Shown piece after piece: positions 1 through 13,785 of a stretch of DNA of 64,000 nt; within the stretch, counting starts at the first letter, position 1; each line of letters begins with the position of its first letter. The stretch is from NCBI RefSeq assembly GCF_009914755.1, contig NC_060925.1; one strand, given 5' to 3'. The position numbers and the translations under genes are program-made. The stretch comes from the human T2T-CHM13v2.0 reference genome, Homo sapiens. The notes beneath the pieces are model-generated. The model saw nothing but the letters and a program-made list of their open reading frames with translations, was not told the DNA's origin and did not search any database.

Positions 1-64
1 TCACAATTTATCACAGCATGTGCACAAAGCTAATGGGTTTAAAAGGGACCTGAGAGGTCTCTAA

Positions 65-463
<399 letters not shown>

Positions 464-589
464 TGAGCCCGTTTTGGCTCATGAGTCTGCAATAGGCTGT
501 CAATGGAAGGGAGTTCTAGGGAAGTGGAAGGCACACTGGGATTAGATTCAAATTTTAACTAGTTACCCTAAATAAGGGTTTTTTTGGAA

Positions 590-740
590 TGAGTAATTTA
601 ACCTCTTGTACTTCAGTTATTATACATATAGATTGGGTAATAATACAGTACTCCATGGTGTTGTTAGAATTAAGTGAGACAGTACATGTAAAATTGGTCA
701 AAACCATATTTGCTATCATTAAGAACTTAATATTAGTTAA
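590..740 (+). mobile_element. MIR SINE fragment
   Basis: Degenerate MIR core: ttaacctc..cttcagtt..gggtaataata..ttgttagaattaagtgaga..catgtaaa. Confidence 0.65.
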
Positions 741-1660
741 AGCTAAGAAAAAAAAGATGTGCTTAGTTTTGTATACATACTTTGCAACTCTCCTTTTTTG
801 GCACTCAGACTTACTGGTATCATTGTGGATATGGACTTGCTTTGGATAAAGGATATACATATTTGAAGTTTCTACTCAGGTAGTTCTTATGTTAAGATTC
901 TCTGCAGCTCTTTCTGCCATTGTCAGCCTGCAGATCTGTCTGGAAGATGTGGAGAATTTTAACCAGTAGGAATTGCTCTGTCATGCTGGATAGATTAAAG
1001 CACAATTAATTTAGTTTAACAAATTTTATCAAATCTATAGTGTCTTTGATTATACAAAGATTTTTTAAAAGACATCCAGATTTCAGAAAATGTACATTAT
1101 AGACTTGAAGAAATATGGTAAATATCAATCTTCAAGTGTTCAATCTCTTAGGGGGCTGAATATGCTTTGTGATTCAAGTTCCCTCTTCCCTCCTCATCAC
1201 CAGCCTAATGGGCTGATTGGCATTTACAAGGATGAGAAGGCTTAGGGAACAAGCTTTGACAAATATATTTGGATGCCTTCCTTGGCAGAGCCAAAAAATT
1301 CGCAACTTTTCAAAGACAGCTAGTCTAATGCTACATTAGAATAATTTTATTTTTTAAAAGACAGTGTAATAATCTCTTTTATTAAGTATAACTGAACGTA
1401 GCTATTTTATTGTGTTGGAGAATAGAATATAACTTATAATAATTGATGTTATACATTTGACAAAAATAAACATGTTTATGTAGAAAATATTTGTGATTAT
1501 GATGAGCTATTTGTATAGTTATTTGGAGTGTTATATTACTGTTAAAATCTATTCTTTATTGTAATTTTAGAAAACAACATAATGATTTAACATATCTGTT
1601 ATCTCACAGCCAATCTCAAAAACTATGGGAGTACATGTATTTTTAATACATGGATCATAT

Positions 1661-1737
1661 GGATGAAAAATGCATAGTTTATAGGAAATCTGGGTCTTCG
1701 GATGAAAAATGCATAGTTTATAGGAAATCTGGGTCTT
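1661..1737. repeat. Perfect tandem duplication, 39-bp period
   Basis: ggatgaaaaatgcatagtttataggaaatctgggtctt at 1661-1698 and identically at 1700-1737. Confidence 0.97.
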
Positions 1738-2189
1738 TGATTTCACCATTGCTTATTGGTTTCAGATCCACAGTTCTTAGTTTGTGGAGTTCCTTTTCAT
1801 TCTTGGTGGAAATCTGAGCTGTGAATGATTTTGCCCTCAAAATTCTCCATTTAATCCCATGTAATTTGCTGCCTATATCTATAACTTTAAGGTGGCCAAT
1901 GGACCTGACATATTGGCTTCACTCTGGAAAACAAATACATACAGAATTTAAAATTTTTTTGTGGAATTATAAACTAATTTATTAAAAATGATTATAAGGG
2001 ATAATATATAACAATATCATCCCTATAATATAGGGATATCATATAATGAAATTATTCTTATTATATAGGGATATTATATATCAGAAACATATATAATATT
2101 ATACCTCAAAAATTTAACACCTACTTTTAGAAAAATAAAATATTAACAGCACTCTGATTAGATGCATCCTGTAAGATGGGTATTAAGGT

Positions 2190-2420
2190 GTGATATAGTA
2201 AGCCTAGTCTAGGCTTCAAGTCAGAGAGACCTAATAAAAAATCCTAGTTCTGCTGTGAATTAGCTATGATCTTAGCCAAGTCACTTGACCTTTCTGAGTT
2301 TCAGTTTTCTTATGCATAAAAAACTAGTAAATACCTTTCTTATGTGTTGAGAACTTGGTTGAGTTATGTGAAAACAGTTAACTCCATGTCTCAGATATAC
2401 TAAGCAGTCAAAATTGTTTT
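2190..2420 (+). mobile_element. MIR SINE
   Basis: aatcctagttctgc..tagct..ccaagtcacttgacctttctgagtttcagttttct matches MIR. Confidence 0.75.
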
Positions 2421-2789
2421 TGCTTCATTCTTTCTGAAAATCAGTATTGTGCATTGATTATTGTGTAAAAGAATGTATTAATACATGCAATGCATATAAT
2501 ATGATTCTGTAATCAAGAACACCAAACAGCAATCCTATGTACATATGGGCGAGGGGCTTCAGTGCCTCTCTCTGTGTTCCATGTCTCCATTGGCAGGACC
2601 GAAGAGGACATCCAGGTGTCTGCCCATTTCTCAACTTTTCATTGCTCCTGCCTCACCACCACTATGGGAGACCCACAGACCAATCTATGTTATACTTTTT
2701 ATTTCTGTTTGTGTTTATCTCCATAAAAAGCCCCAGAAACCCATGCCATTCTTCATCGGCTGCACTCTAATTCCCTTACATCAGTTCAG

Positions 2790-3560
2790 AATATCCTGAC
2801 ATAGGACCCTCTGGAAATCATGGGCAATTGTTTACAAAATCCTCTGTATGGTCAGCACCTTCTCTGAACAATTGTCTCACCTTCTTGCTCTAACTGGAAA
2901 CCTGGCTCTGAACACTGCTACCTCTGCAGCCCTCTCCACTGGGTGCTGTTTCCACTCTACTTAGCTATCTGCGTTAGAAGTATGGTAGGGGTCCACCTTG
3001 TTCCTTGTTACTGTTTCAACTTCATTTTCTCACCTTTCTCCATAAATTGTCTTAGCTTTGAATCTCCAGTCATCTACCTTTTACCACCATCCTCCTTGTT
3101 GTAATCACCTACTAATCTCTGGGTCACTCCTCTTCCTTACTTGAAGGGCTCATTGCATCTCAACCTAATACTGTTATAACTCTTGGTGATTTTAGTATTC
3201 TCATAGGTGATCCTTCCTATATGACAGCCTCTCAGTTCCTTGACCTCTGCCACCAGTGATAATGTTTCCTATTGGACTGCCGCCACTCACTCACTCCCAG
3301 GGTCACACCTTAAACCTTCTCATTACCAGAACTCTCTCCATTACCACAGTTGTATGCATCCTATACAATGACCAGCACCTCTTATTTTTGTTTTTCACCT
3401 TGATTTCAATGATATTTAAGTCCTGCTGGAAACTATGTTCATGGATTCTCCTGTTTTCATTGTCCTTTGCACATATCATGTTTTCACTTCTCTCCTCAGA
3501 CAGCTAAGATTTTACGTTTAGTTAATAACATCATCTCCTACCATTCATTTTCAGTGTTCT
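2790..3560 (+). mobile_element. L2 LINE fossil, ORF2 AP-endonuclease region
   Basis: Degenerate APE motifs: cttcttgctctaactg(g)aaacctggctc = LLALTETWL (2881), cttggtgatttt = LGDF (3182), THSQGHTLNLLIT (ORF 3256..3507). Confidence 0.8.
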
Positions 3561-3579
3561 CATTTAATTATGAAAGAGT

Positions 3580-3930
3580 TGGTCTGGTAGAATTGCGGAG
3601 ATGTCTCACATCCACCTTTGAAAAAGTTATCCAGCACTGAGGAGTATAGTTAGCTGACAGCCTCCAGCTTTTAACACCTTTGAGTCTGCTGTTAAATCCT
3701 TGGAGTTGTCCCAGCTGATGACTAAGCAAGACCCTGGCACTGAAATGTAGCCAATGCCAGCCAATGGCTACATCTCCAATGGGCTTCCTGATCCAGGGGT
3801 GGCATTTGTCAGTCAGCATTACCGTCTGCTGGCTTCCTCCCCTTTCATTTTGGAGGCATACCTCTCCAATAAGTCTTTGATACTCCACATTCCAACTCAA
3901 TAGCTGGCACAGCTGGCAAAAGTACAACCT
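3580..3930 (+). mobile_element. ERVL-class solo LTR (LTR16-like) interrupting the L2
   Basis: gctgacagcctccagct motif and LTR16-like 3' part; sequence character differs from the flanking L2. Confidence 0.45.
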
Positions 3931-3939
3931 TGTCTATTT

Positions 3940-5170
3940 CATACCTACGTCTGTGCATTGCTGTCTGGTCTCACTTTAAATTTATCAAGTAGATTAAGTG
4001 GGCCCTTTGTGCTGCCAGACAATCATACTAAATTGTTTTCAGTCCATTTACTACCTGACTTTCATAGAACATTATTTTATATCTTTTAGTTTTTCCCTCA
4101 TTATCTATATGATGATAACTCTCAAATTTGTATCTCTAGGCCAGATCTCATGCCTAAACTTGACTCTTTCATCTAATGGTCCTCCCACCATCCTTATTGG
4201 AATGTTTAACGAGTACCTTCAATGAGCCCCAAATGAGCTGATTTCCTCCACCGTCCTGCTCCAAACCTGCTGCTCTTCTAGTATTCCCAAACTCAGTTAA
4301 TAGCAACTTCATTATTCCAATTGATTAAGCCAAAAACATTGTCATCATTCTTGAAGCTTTACTTTTTCTTATAATTCACATTTGAGCTATTGGCAAATTC
4401 TGTAGCTTTAACTTTAAAATATATCCTGAATCTAACCACTTATCACTGTATCTTTTGCTATCACCGTATGCTGCTACATCTTCTCTTGCCTGGATTGCTG
4501 CAAGTGTCTTTTAACTGGTCTCCCCACTCAGTCCTTGTCCCCACCATCTACTGTTAGCACAGAAGCCATAGTGCCACTGTAGAAGTATAAAAACCAAGTT
4601 CAATGGTGACATTCTTGCACTCAAATCTCTTCAGTGGCTCCCACTCATAATAAAAATGTATACAAGCCAAAGTCCTCAAAATTGTAAGAGTTTGACATGA
4701 CAGGAGCACCTGTTACCTGTCTGGCCACTTTCCTTTTGCTTTCTTTACTCTTGCACAAAGTCTTTTTGCTGTTCCTTGAACACCCTAGGAATTTTTTCAC
4801 TTCATAGTCTTTGCTTCTGCCTGGAATTCTCTTCCTCCAGATATTTATAAGTCTCACTCTTGAACTATCTTCAGATTGTTCCTAAAATGCATAACCTTGC
4901 TCTCCACCCTATTTCAAATTAATTGCCCACTCCTGCAATATTCCATATTCCCTTTTCCTGCCTAATTTTACTACATAGGACTTATCAGCACCCTGCACAC
5001 CCTCTATTTTACTTATGTATTTTATTTCTTGTCTTCCTCACTAGACTATAAGCTCAGTAAGAAAAGGAAGTTTTTCTTGTTTTCTTTACTTCTCATTTCC
5101 AGTTGACAGCACAAAGATGACATATAGTAGGTACTCAAAAACATTTGCAGAGTGTTAAGGAATAATGAAT
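3940..5170 (+). mobile_element. L2 (L2a-like) RT C-terminus and 3' end
   Basis: YADD-region remnant ctatatgatgataactctcaaatttgtatctctagg (~4105); terminal catagtaggtactcaaaaacatttg..atgaat. Confidence 0.8.
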
Positions 5171-5729
5171 TATATGTTCATTATAGGTTTTGCACATCTT
5201 GTTCATGGTTCTAGGGACTAGAAAAGAAATGGATATCTAGTTTATGCCCTTGGCCTTTTTGTTACCTAGTTGAACAATTTTTACTGCCTGTGCATATACA
5301 AATGAATTAATCTTTTAGTATAGCCTCTGCTAACATAGGTTGGAAAGTCATCAGTGTGTTAGAAATGCAGACATTTGTCGACTTCTAATACCACAAAGTG
5401 GCACTTGTTCTTTGGTGTCATGCCTTTTAGAGCTCAGTAATGTTTAATTCAAACTTTAATTTATATGTTTTTTCATGATGGTTTAATAGCTTCATGAGGG
5501 TAATTCTCATTTTCAACACAATAACATAACAGTCTGGTTGAAATAAAAACTGTGTTACTTAATCTAGACCAAGGGATATTGCAGGCATCCAGATTCTTGA
5601 GTATTTGAGTTAATTAAAATGATTTTCTGTAGTAGCAACTCTGATTAAAGCAGAAGGTCTAAATAATTAGCTTTTGGCATGGAAGTTTAAACAGAAAACA
5701 ATTCATGAAAATCCTTATTGCCCGATTAC

Positions 5730-5935
5730 CATTTATATAATTATGACTTCTCAACCTTTATCTCTAGCCCAGATCTCTATCAATGCCTGACTCAGATTCA
5801 TATACTCCTCTAACTACTTCATACTTTCATCCAGTTGTCCCTTGGCATCTCAAACACATAACCCATGTGTCAATGAATGATACCTTCATCTACATAGAAG
5901 CCCAAGGCAGAAACTGGGCATCATCATAGAGTGAT
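5730..5935 (+). mobile_element. L2 fragment
   Basis: atgacttctcaacctttatctctagcccagatctct..ggcatctcaaac. Confidence 0.6.
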
Positions 5936-6637
5936 CTCTACGTGTATAGTACTATAATGCCCAGAGTACAAAGTTGATTAAGGTACAGATCGTGCCCTTG
6001 AGTACGTTCTATCTAATAGGGTAAATTGACACAAAATTTTAATTTCACTTTCTTGTGGTCAGTGGTAAGAATGATATAGAAAAAAAAAGTCCTTTTAGAT
6101 TAAAGGACTGTTGAAAAATTCCCTGTACTGAGAATTGAAGGGTGAATCCTGAAGTTGAAAAGCAGAAAGACTATTTCAAGCAAAGAGAACAATCAAAGCA
6201 AAGACACAGATGAATTACAAAGTTTAAGAATTGAAGTGTGGTATGAACATTTGTTTAACAATAATGTATAACACAATAATGTAATGTATAAAGACATTAA
6301 ATGGAATATGAAGTTGGATGGGTAGATATGGACAAGGTCACATTGAGCCCTGCATACCATGCTAAGAAGCTGTGGGCAGTAGGAAACTACTGACACATTT
6401 TTCGTAGAAGAACTGATGGTCACACTTGATTTTAGATCTCCCACTTTAGATTTTGTGGGGAGGATGGAGCAGAAAGTAGGAGAGCATGGAGGGAGACAAA
6501 TTAGAAAGTTATTGCTTTTGTCCAGGAACACAAGAGGGACTGACCTAGAGGAGTGACAAGAATAGGAAGCAGGTGATAGACACAAGAAATAAAGAGAGAT
6601 AAAAATCTAAGTATCAGGTGGAGTTAGAAAGAGAGAG

Positions 6638-6922
6638 TTTTTGTTTGCTTGTTTGTTTGTCTTGAGATATGGTCTTTCTCTGTCACCCAGGCTGGAGTGC
6701 AGTGGTGTGATCATGGCTCACTGCAGCCTCGACCTCCTGGGCTCAGTTGATCCTCCCACCTCAACTTCTGACTAATTGGGACTACAGTTGTGTACCATCA
6801 TGCCTGGCTAATTTTAATTTTTTTTTTAGAAATGGGTCTCACTATGTTGCCCACTCTAGTCTTGAACTCCTAGACTTTAGCAATCCTCCAGCCTCGGCCC
6901 CCCCAAAGCTCTGGGATACAGA
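6638..6922 (-). mobile_element. AluJ, slightly 5'-truncated, (TTTG)n tail
   Basis: gatcatggctcactgcagcctcgacctcctgggctca is AluJ-diagnostic. Confidence 0.92.
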
Positions 6923-7564
6923 TTTCTTTGGCGATTGAAGAGATTTTTATGCTAATATCTACAGGGAGGGTAAGCACTTATATGAGTTAAGATAAGACTT
7001 GTTTAGGATGTGCTGATTTAAAAATGACCAGGAGACAGGTGACGTCATATCTATAGCAGTCAGTTGCATATGCAAATCTGAAATTTAGAGGTAAAATCAA
7101 GGACTTAGCAATGGGACTCATCAGTGTATGGGTGATTTTCAAAGTCACTGGAGTGGATTGCCCAAAGAGAAAGTATAAAGAAAGAGACAGTTATCAAGAA
7201 TAGAACCCTGAAGAAAGAATCAGGATCTGAATAAAATAGAAGCCCATGAAGGATATAAAGAAGAAACTTTCAGGTATGGAGAACCAAGAGAGGGAATAGA
7301 ATATTTGATTACTCATTGAGACACCATTAGAGATAAATCCCATGAATAAGATCACTGAGATGTGGGCTGAAATGTGTCTACTGAATCTGTGATTAGAATT
7401 TATGGATAACATGGGCAAGAGTAGTTTTAGTTGTGAGTGTAGAAATGGAAGCTAGATTATAATGGATTGATTATATGAAATAGTGTAGAAAAATGAATAC
7501 AGACTACTCATTTAAGAGTCTTGGTTGATAAGAAATCATAGAAAACTGCGTATTGTTTTGAGGA

Positions 7565-7690
7565 TTTCCAATTTATGAGCATCTTATAAATGAAGAAACT
7601 AATGCTTAGGAAAGTCAAGTAATTTGCATAAGGTCACCTGCTAGTAAATGTTGTACTCAAAGTCGTAGTTTTTGACCCCTAAACCTGTTT
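7565..7690 (-). mobile_element. MIR fragment
   Basis: atgaagaaactaatgcttagg..gtaatttgcataaggtcac..ctagtaaatg. Confidence 0.65.
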
Positions 7691-10600
7691 TTGCTTTAAG
7701 CCAAATAGGCAATGTAATATTAACGGCAAAAGTAACCAAATGATCATTAGTATCCTCATCCTAATATTCTATCCTTTTCCCATAGTATCACCTTTCCTTG
7801 CAGCTGCAGTTGGACCTTGTTTCAGCAAGATAATTATGGAAACAAAAATGAGGATGGATTGAAGAGTAGGGGTATTGTAAGCAGTGGAAAGGAGGCAAGG
7901 GAGAGAGAGAGTTGTTAAAGATGACTTCAGGGTTTGTAGCTTGGTTGATTGAATTAATGATGATGCCATTAAAAGAAAAAGGCAGCCTCAGAAAAGAAAC
8001 TACATATTGAGAAAGGAAGGAGAAAGAGGTGGAATGGTCAACATTGTGGTAATGAATCCTTATAGCTCCTTCGCATCTGCCAATCCTGATATTCTTAACG
8101 TATACACAATACCTCTGAGAATTCTGTAACACATGACCAATTTTTCATTAGTAGAAAGAATTCCTATATTCAGTGTTGCATCAACTAAAATATAAATGAA
8201 AAACTAAATTTTACCAGAAACTGCCTAATTCAGAGCCAACCTAGCTGATTATTGGTATCACTTAGCTAAGATTTTAAGTGGTAGATTGTTCTGAAGATAT
8301 TGTAAATGAAGTGGGTTTTTTTGTGGTTTACATTTTTTGAAAGATAAATTTGTGGAAAGTAATGGATGGCTTGGATGAAACCACTGGGGAAAGTAGTATG
8401 GTCTAGTTTTTCAGGCCAAAAGCCTTGTTGTTTTTTCTAGAAAGAGAAACTTTATATTTTAGTCCTCATGGCCTCTTTACAGTCCAACTATGATATGAAA
8501 TGCCTTACCTGGAATTAGCCTACATAGCAGTTGGAAATTTGCAGAAAATAATTAAAGAAGAATTGATAAATGAAACCAGGTAGGTTGAATTCACCATTCC
8601 ATCAATATATTAGGGAGTTAACTTTTGAGTTTATACCTATTTCTTTCGATTCCTGAACCTTAAAAATAGTTATCTATTCAAATCCTTTGGCCTACATGAC
8701 TGAGGAAAGGGAATCAAGAGAATATACACTACCATTAAATGAAAATATTTGATAAACCTAATTTTCATTATTAACTTTAGTTATGGAAATGGCATTTGAA
8801 TAGATGGCTCAAACATTTTAGAAATGAGTTTGAATAAGTACTAATGTCTTCCTTATGTTTGTTAAATGTTTGTATATCCTGATGGCAACATCTGTATTCA
8901 TGGCCTTTATTTCTACTACCCTGAAAGATTAAGGTGAGAGCAGCGGCAGAGATCATTTGTAAGGCAAAAGCCTGGATTATAAAAATTTCAACTATGCATT
9001 GTTCTCCTGATATTCTTCCCTAAAAATTGCCAGGATAGCTACCAGTAAAGAGAGGGTCAGTATTAATTATAGCAGGTTTAGCTTTCCTGCATATTGCATG
9101 AGACACAAAGATAATAATAGTCTCCTACGTTTGTACTTTTGTGTTATGTTAATGATCGTCAGTAAGGCAATGTGCCAGGAAGACTATACAGTCTTCTACT
9201 TCTGCCAGAGGTATCTGCGTTTTAATCCAAAATATCTATGTTTAAATTTCATCTCCCAAAAAAGATTGCATTGAGTCCACTCTGTCTTTTGAAACACTTC
9301 ATTTTGCCAGTGAGTGGATTTTCATGCTGTGGTGCAGTCAGATGCACTCTAGCTCTACAGCAAGTGTTCCTTAAAGAGATGCTTCTGTACTTTGCTTCCT
9401 CCCTGGATATAGCTTTGGCAATGGTCCAGTGAGACTGAGAAAATACTCTCAAATTAGGCATGGGCTGGTGATAATTGTTAATTATTGAATGCTGCTGGGT
9501 GAGGAAAAATTCATGCAAAGGCAAATAGATGGTATGTGAAAGTAGCAACCACACTGTCACGGTATTCAACCCATCAGTCTTTATAAATAAAAGGCGAATT
9601 CAATTAGGCTAAGTAGATGGTTATTTAACAATAGTCAATAAAATATTTCTTCACCGTATAGTAAATAAGGCTTATATTTAACCACAGCTTAGTATATTCT
9701 AATGTTAATACCAGGGCAGTTTGTTTTCATAGCTTGATCTAAACAGCACTTTATGTTGACACTTCTATTGCGTATTTAATGAACTCATATCAAATATGCA
9801 TGGCAAATAAATACTATGTTCCTGGTAAACGTTTATTCTTTCCCCACTCTCTTGATCTTCTCAAGAGAAGTAACACACTTTTCACAATATATTTCTTCTC
9901 TCAGAAAAATGGATTTCACAACATTGTAACTAAATCTTATTTCAATATTTTTGCAAGACAGGAAAGAGAATTCTAGATCATTGTAAGTACAGACTGCTGC
10001 TATTTTAAAATGCAGCTCTGAAGTCTACCTCAGTTTGCCTCTGAGCAGCCAGTCTATTAAGAAGTATCCTTCTGACAGAAAGGATTAAGTATTCCTGAAA
10101 GTCCTTAATCTGCTGCCCATACGGAAAAGCACTGTGGCAATGCATATGATGCCGCCAATAAGAATCAGAGCTGCCAGTGATGGCTGCTCTTAGCCCTCTA
10201 TGTGTAAAAACGTACAGAAAATGGAGCCACAGTGTGGCTCCACGTTTGGGCATAGGAGCATGGTATCATTAATTTCTCCCAACAACAAAGTAAGGAATAA
10301 TATTCAAGTAATCAGGGTTGTTGGGTGTGCCTTCACTGTCCATGAGGTTGATACAAAGTAGTAGTACAAGTGACTTAAGTTTCAGAGATTGGAAGGGGTC
10401 ATATAATTGGCAGGTCCCTAAACCTCCTGCCTAAGCCATTAGTTAAAACACAAGTAAAAGCTGAGTAGTGGAGAGGAGATGAATCTGTCAATATATTGCC
10501 TCTTGATTTCTGGCAAAGGCATATTTAGATTGTGATACTGCCATGAGCATCACTTTCATGGAGGGAGCAGAGGGTGGCAATCTGCTCCACAGGTTTTTAG

Positions 10601-11689
10601 AACTGGCATGTGGTTCAGCAAAACAGAGAGCAAGACAGTGATTTCTTCCTTTTCTTGCAGATAAATATGAAGAGAGAAACTGCTATGCAGGGTTTGCCTT
10701 CCCCAGAGAAGGAATGTGTGATCTATAAGGGTTTTCCTGGTAATTAAAAGTTGTAAAGGATATGAATCCTTTTATTTATACTGGGTAACTTTGAGACCAG
10801 AAATAACAAATGTTTGATTCTTTAGCTCAATGGACTTTGAAATAAATGCTTATTTTTGTTCATCTCCAGCTTTGGGTATTTTTTGAAATTCAGCTTTAAA
10901 GCTAGCCTTCCTTGTAATTCACTATGGGATGTCTTTATACACCACTGACAGTAATACAACTCATTTTGGGTGATTAACTTAACCCCCAGTATTGCAAGTG
11001 TCATGCTGCATTAGCATATCTTTCAAGGAATAGTTGCAGTGTGAGAAAATTGCCTGTAGGATTATTTGCAACTAGGAACCTGTGAAATGTAAAATAAAAT
11101 TGAAGACTATAAAGTAAAACATCAAAGCCACCTAAAATATTAATAGCCAGCACTCTAAAAAGTAATTTAGAAGATTGCATGAGGTAGTGAAAATTACTAA
11201 TTTAAAAACAGAGTTTAAAAAAGGCAGGAGTTTTAGAACAACAGACAATAGAAATTCATTTTATTTATACTATAAAAGGAGTTCAAGAGATATGGAGGCC
11301 CTAATAGTTGAGAGGGTCCAAAGTTCAATATTTGGCCATTCTGAACTAAGAAAAAAAAGGAGAGCAAAACTGACATTTCCCCTACTTGAAAATCGAAGGG
11401 AAAATATAAGTTACCCTTAGGAAAATATTGTGGTGGATCCAAAGAGCATTTTCAATTCTCCCTGGAAATTTTGTTTCATTGAGACATTTGTTTTTTAACT
11501 TGCTCTGTGGTATTCATCTGTGGCTCAGAGGTCATTTGATTGGCTAATTCTTAGGCATTTTTCATGTTCAAAGCCAGTTCTTGACTATTCTCATTCTCGG
11601 TTGGCTTTTGTTTTGATAGTAAAAGTATCAAATGACATGGTGAATGTATCTCCTTTTCTTAGAGGATAGAATTGGTTTTTAAGGTATAA

Positions 11690-11915
11690 TACATGTATTT
11701 TGGAGTTAAGCACACCTGGGTTCAGGTCTTGTGCCTGCTACTTCCCATCTGTGTGACCTTGGGCAAATTGTTTAACAACTTAAGCCCTAGTTTTCTCACT
11801 GTAAACAGGTCATAATATCTACCTCAATGTATTATCCAAGATTCCATGAGATAATGCCCATAAAAGTTTCAACATATTGCTTGGCGAATAGCAACACTCA
11901 ATATATTTTAGTTAT
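11690..11915 (+). mobile_element. MIR SINE
   Basis: cctgggttc..tgtgtgaccttgggcaaattgtttaac..gttttctcactgtaaa..ctacctca. Confidence 0.8.
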
Positions 11916-12474
11916 TTTATGTTTCATCATTCAAGCTGATAGTTTCAGAGATGGACAACATGGCCCAACAAGATAGCATGGAGCTGTGTGCATGACATAG
12001 CAGATGAGGCAGGGGGCTTTTATGGTCCCTTTCACACTAGGAAAAGGGTTCTCTGCTTAGATTGGTAAAGGTAGAAAGGGGGCTGTGGCAGAGAAGAGAT
12101 GGGAACTGGGAGAAGGGGAGGAGAACTGCATTTCTTGCCTCTAGGGAGTGGTGGCTTAGTGCTTCTGCTGGTGCCTAAGTGTTGGGATGCCTACCTAATG
12201 GAGAAAAACTAAGTTAAAACCGGGCATTTAAGGAAAAACATGTTTCCAAATATTTCAAGATCTCCAGTGAAGTGCAAACTGTACCCAGGGTTAGAAGAGT
12301 GAGGTTAAAGCAAGATTGGAGCAAGTAACATGCATATTAAAGAAAAAGATAATAAAAACAATAAAAAGAAGGAAGGAAAGGCAGAAAAAAGAAAGGAATC
12401 ACACACACTAGAGAGGTTAAAAAAGAAACAAAAGAAATAACAACTTAGAATAAGGATGTTGAAGAAAATAATGA

Positions 12475-12680
12475 CAATGATGACACTATTTTATTAAAAC
12501 TGACTGTGTGTCAGCCTTTATCCTAGGCATTTTAGTTATGGTATTTATTTCTAACTCTTGAGTTGAACAAAGATCTTATTATTTCCTGTTATTTCCATTT
12601 TACAAGCAGATAACTAGTTTTAGAAAAGTTATGTTGTTTGTCCAAGATATATAGTATTTAGGAAGTCAGGAGTTCAGAAA
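12475..12680 (-). mobile_element. MIR SINE
   Basis: atttccattttacaagcagataact..gttatgttgtttgtccaagat. Confidence 0.6.
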
Positions 12681-13379
12681 ATATGAGCAAAATGTTTTTT
12701 AAACCATTAGCATCAAATGAGATCATGTTACATGACTTAAAGAAACCAGACTATGATAAAGGAAAAAACACTGTGAAAGCCACTGTGAAAGTTGGACTTA
12801 AACCATATAAAAGCTATGAAATTATAATGGTTATTATATATGTAGTATATTATGGCAGTTTACTGTTGTTGTAAAACATTATGTATTTATCACTTTATTC
12901 ATGTCATGTATAGCATGTGTGTATGCACAATGAAAACATGTCTTTGTCTTAATTATTATGCATAAAGTCAGTATATTTTAATATTAACCAAGCATTATTA
13001 GAAGTATATCACTTAAAATATGCTGAGGAATTAAAAAGACAGATAACACAATGCCTTCCTTTATACTTAGGTGTCGACATCTAGTCCTTAGCAGGTTGTA
13101 TTCTGTGTTCAGCATTTTGCTAGGACTTTGTGTAAATAAAAAAAGAAAATGTGATCCATGTTGTCACTGAGCTCATAGTTTAGCTAGGGATCATGAGATA
13201 CATGAAACTATATAATATAAAATTATTATGAAAGCAAATAATTATAACAAATAATATTGCTCAATCTGTGCTATAAGAATTCAGAAACAAGTACATTGTG
13301 GCTGGAGTATTTGGGAAGAACACTAATAAATGCTGGTAATTAATTTGTAAGAGGTTATATAAAAACAATAAGAGTACTA

Positions 13380-13785
13380 AAAGAAGACACTGGCAAAATC
13401 CTTTATATTTCTAGAATTAGGAAGGGTTTAACCATAATTAAAAATTTAGAAGTCAAAAAAATGAAACATTTTACTATACAAAAATAAATATCTACTGAGT
13501 AAAAATGCTTTAAGCAAGGCTATAATTCAATAAGCAAATAAATGCTCAGTTCAACCAATATATGAGACAAATGGGTCACTCTTTTAACTACATAGAGAGC
13601 TCACAGAAAATTTTAAGAGTGGTACGCATAATCCTCTCTCAAAATGGAGCCAGGATATGAATTGACAGTTCACTAAAAAGGACCTATAAATTGTTCTTAA
13701 GCATATGAATATTTACTTAATCTCACTCATAATAAGAAAAATGCAAATTCAAACTACATTGATATAGCATTTTTTAATCATTTAA
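13380..13785 (+). mobile_element. Old L1M (L1ME-like) ORF2 3' fragment
   Basis: ggatatgaattgacagttcac..ctcactcataataagaaaaatgcaaattcaaactaca. Confidence 0.7.

Larger units (their letters stand above)
5990..7990 (-). mobile_element. Fragmented antisense L2, interrupted by AluJ and MIR
   Basis: Purine-rich antisense L2 motifs (ggtcacattgagccctg..ccatgctaagaag; gttgttaaagatgacttcagggttt..tgatgccattaa). Confidence 0.6.

Noticed and set aside
1991-2095. AT-rich stretch with the near-palindrome atccctata-a-tatagggat
   Set aside because: Low-complexity sequence inflates palindrome likelihood, and there is no further structure.
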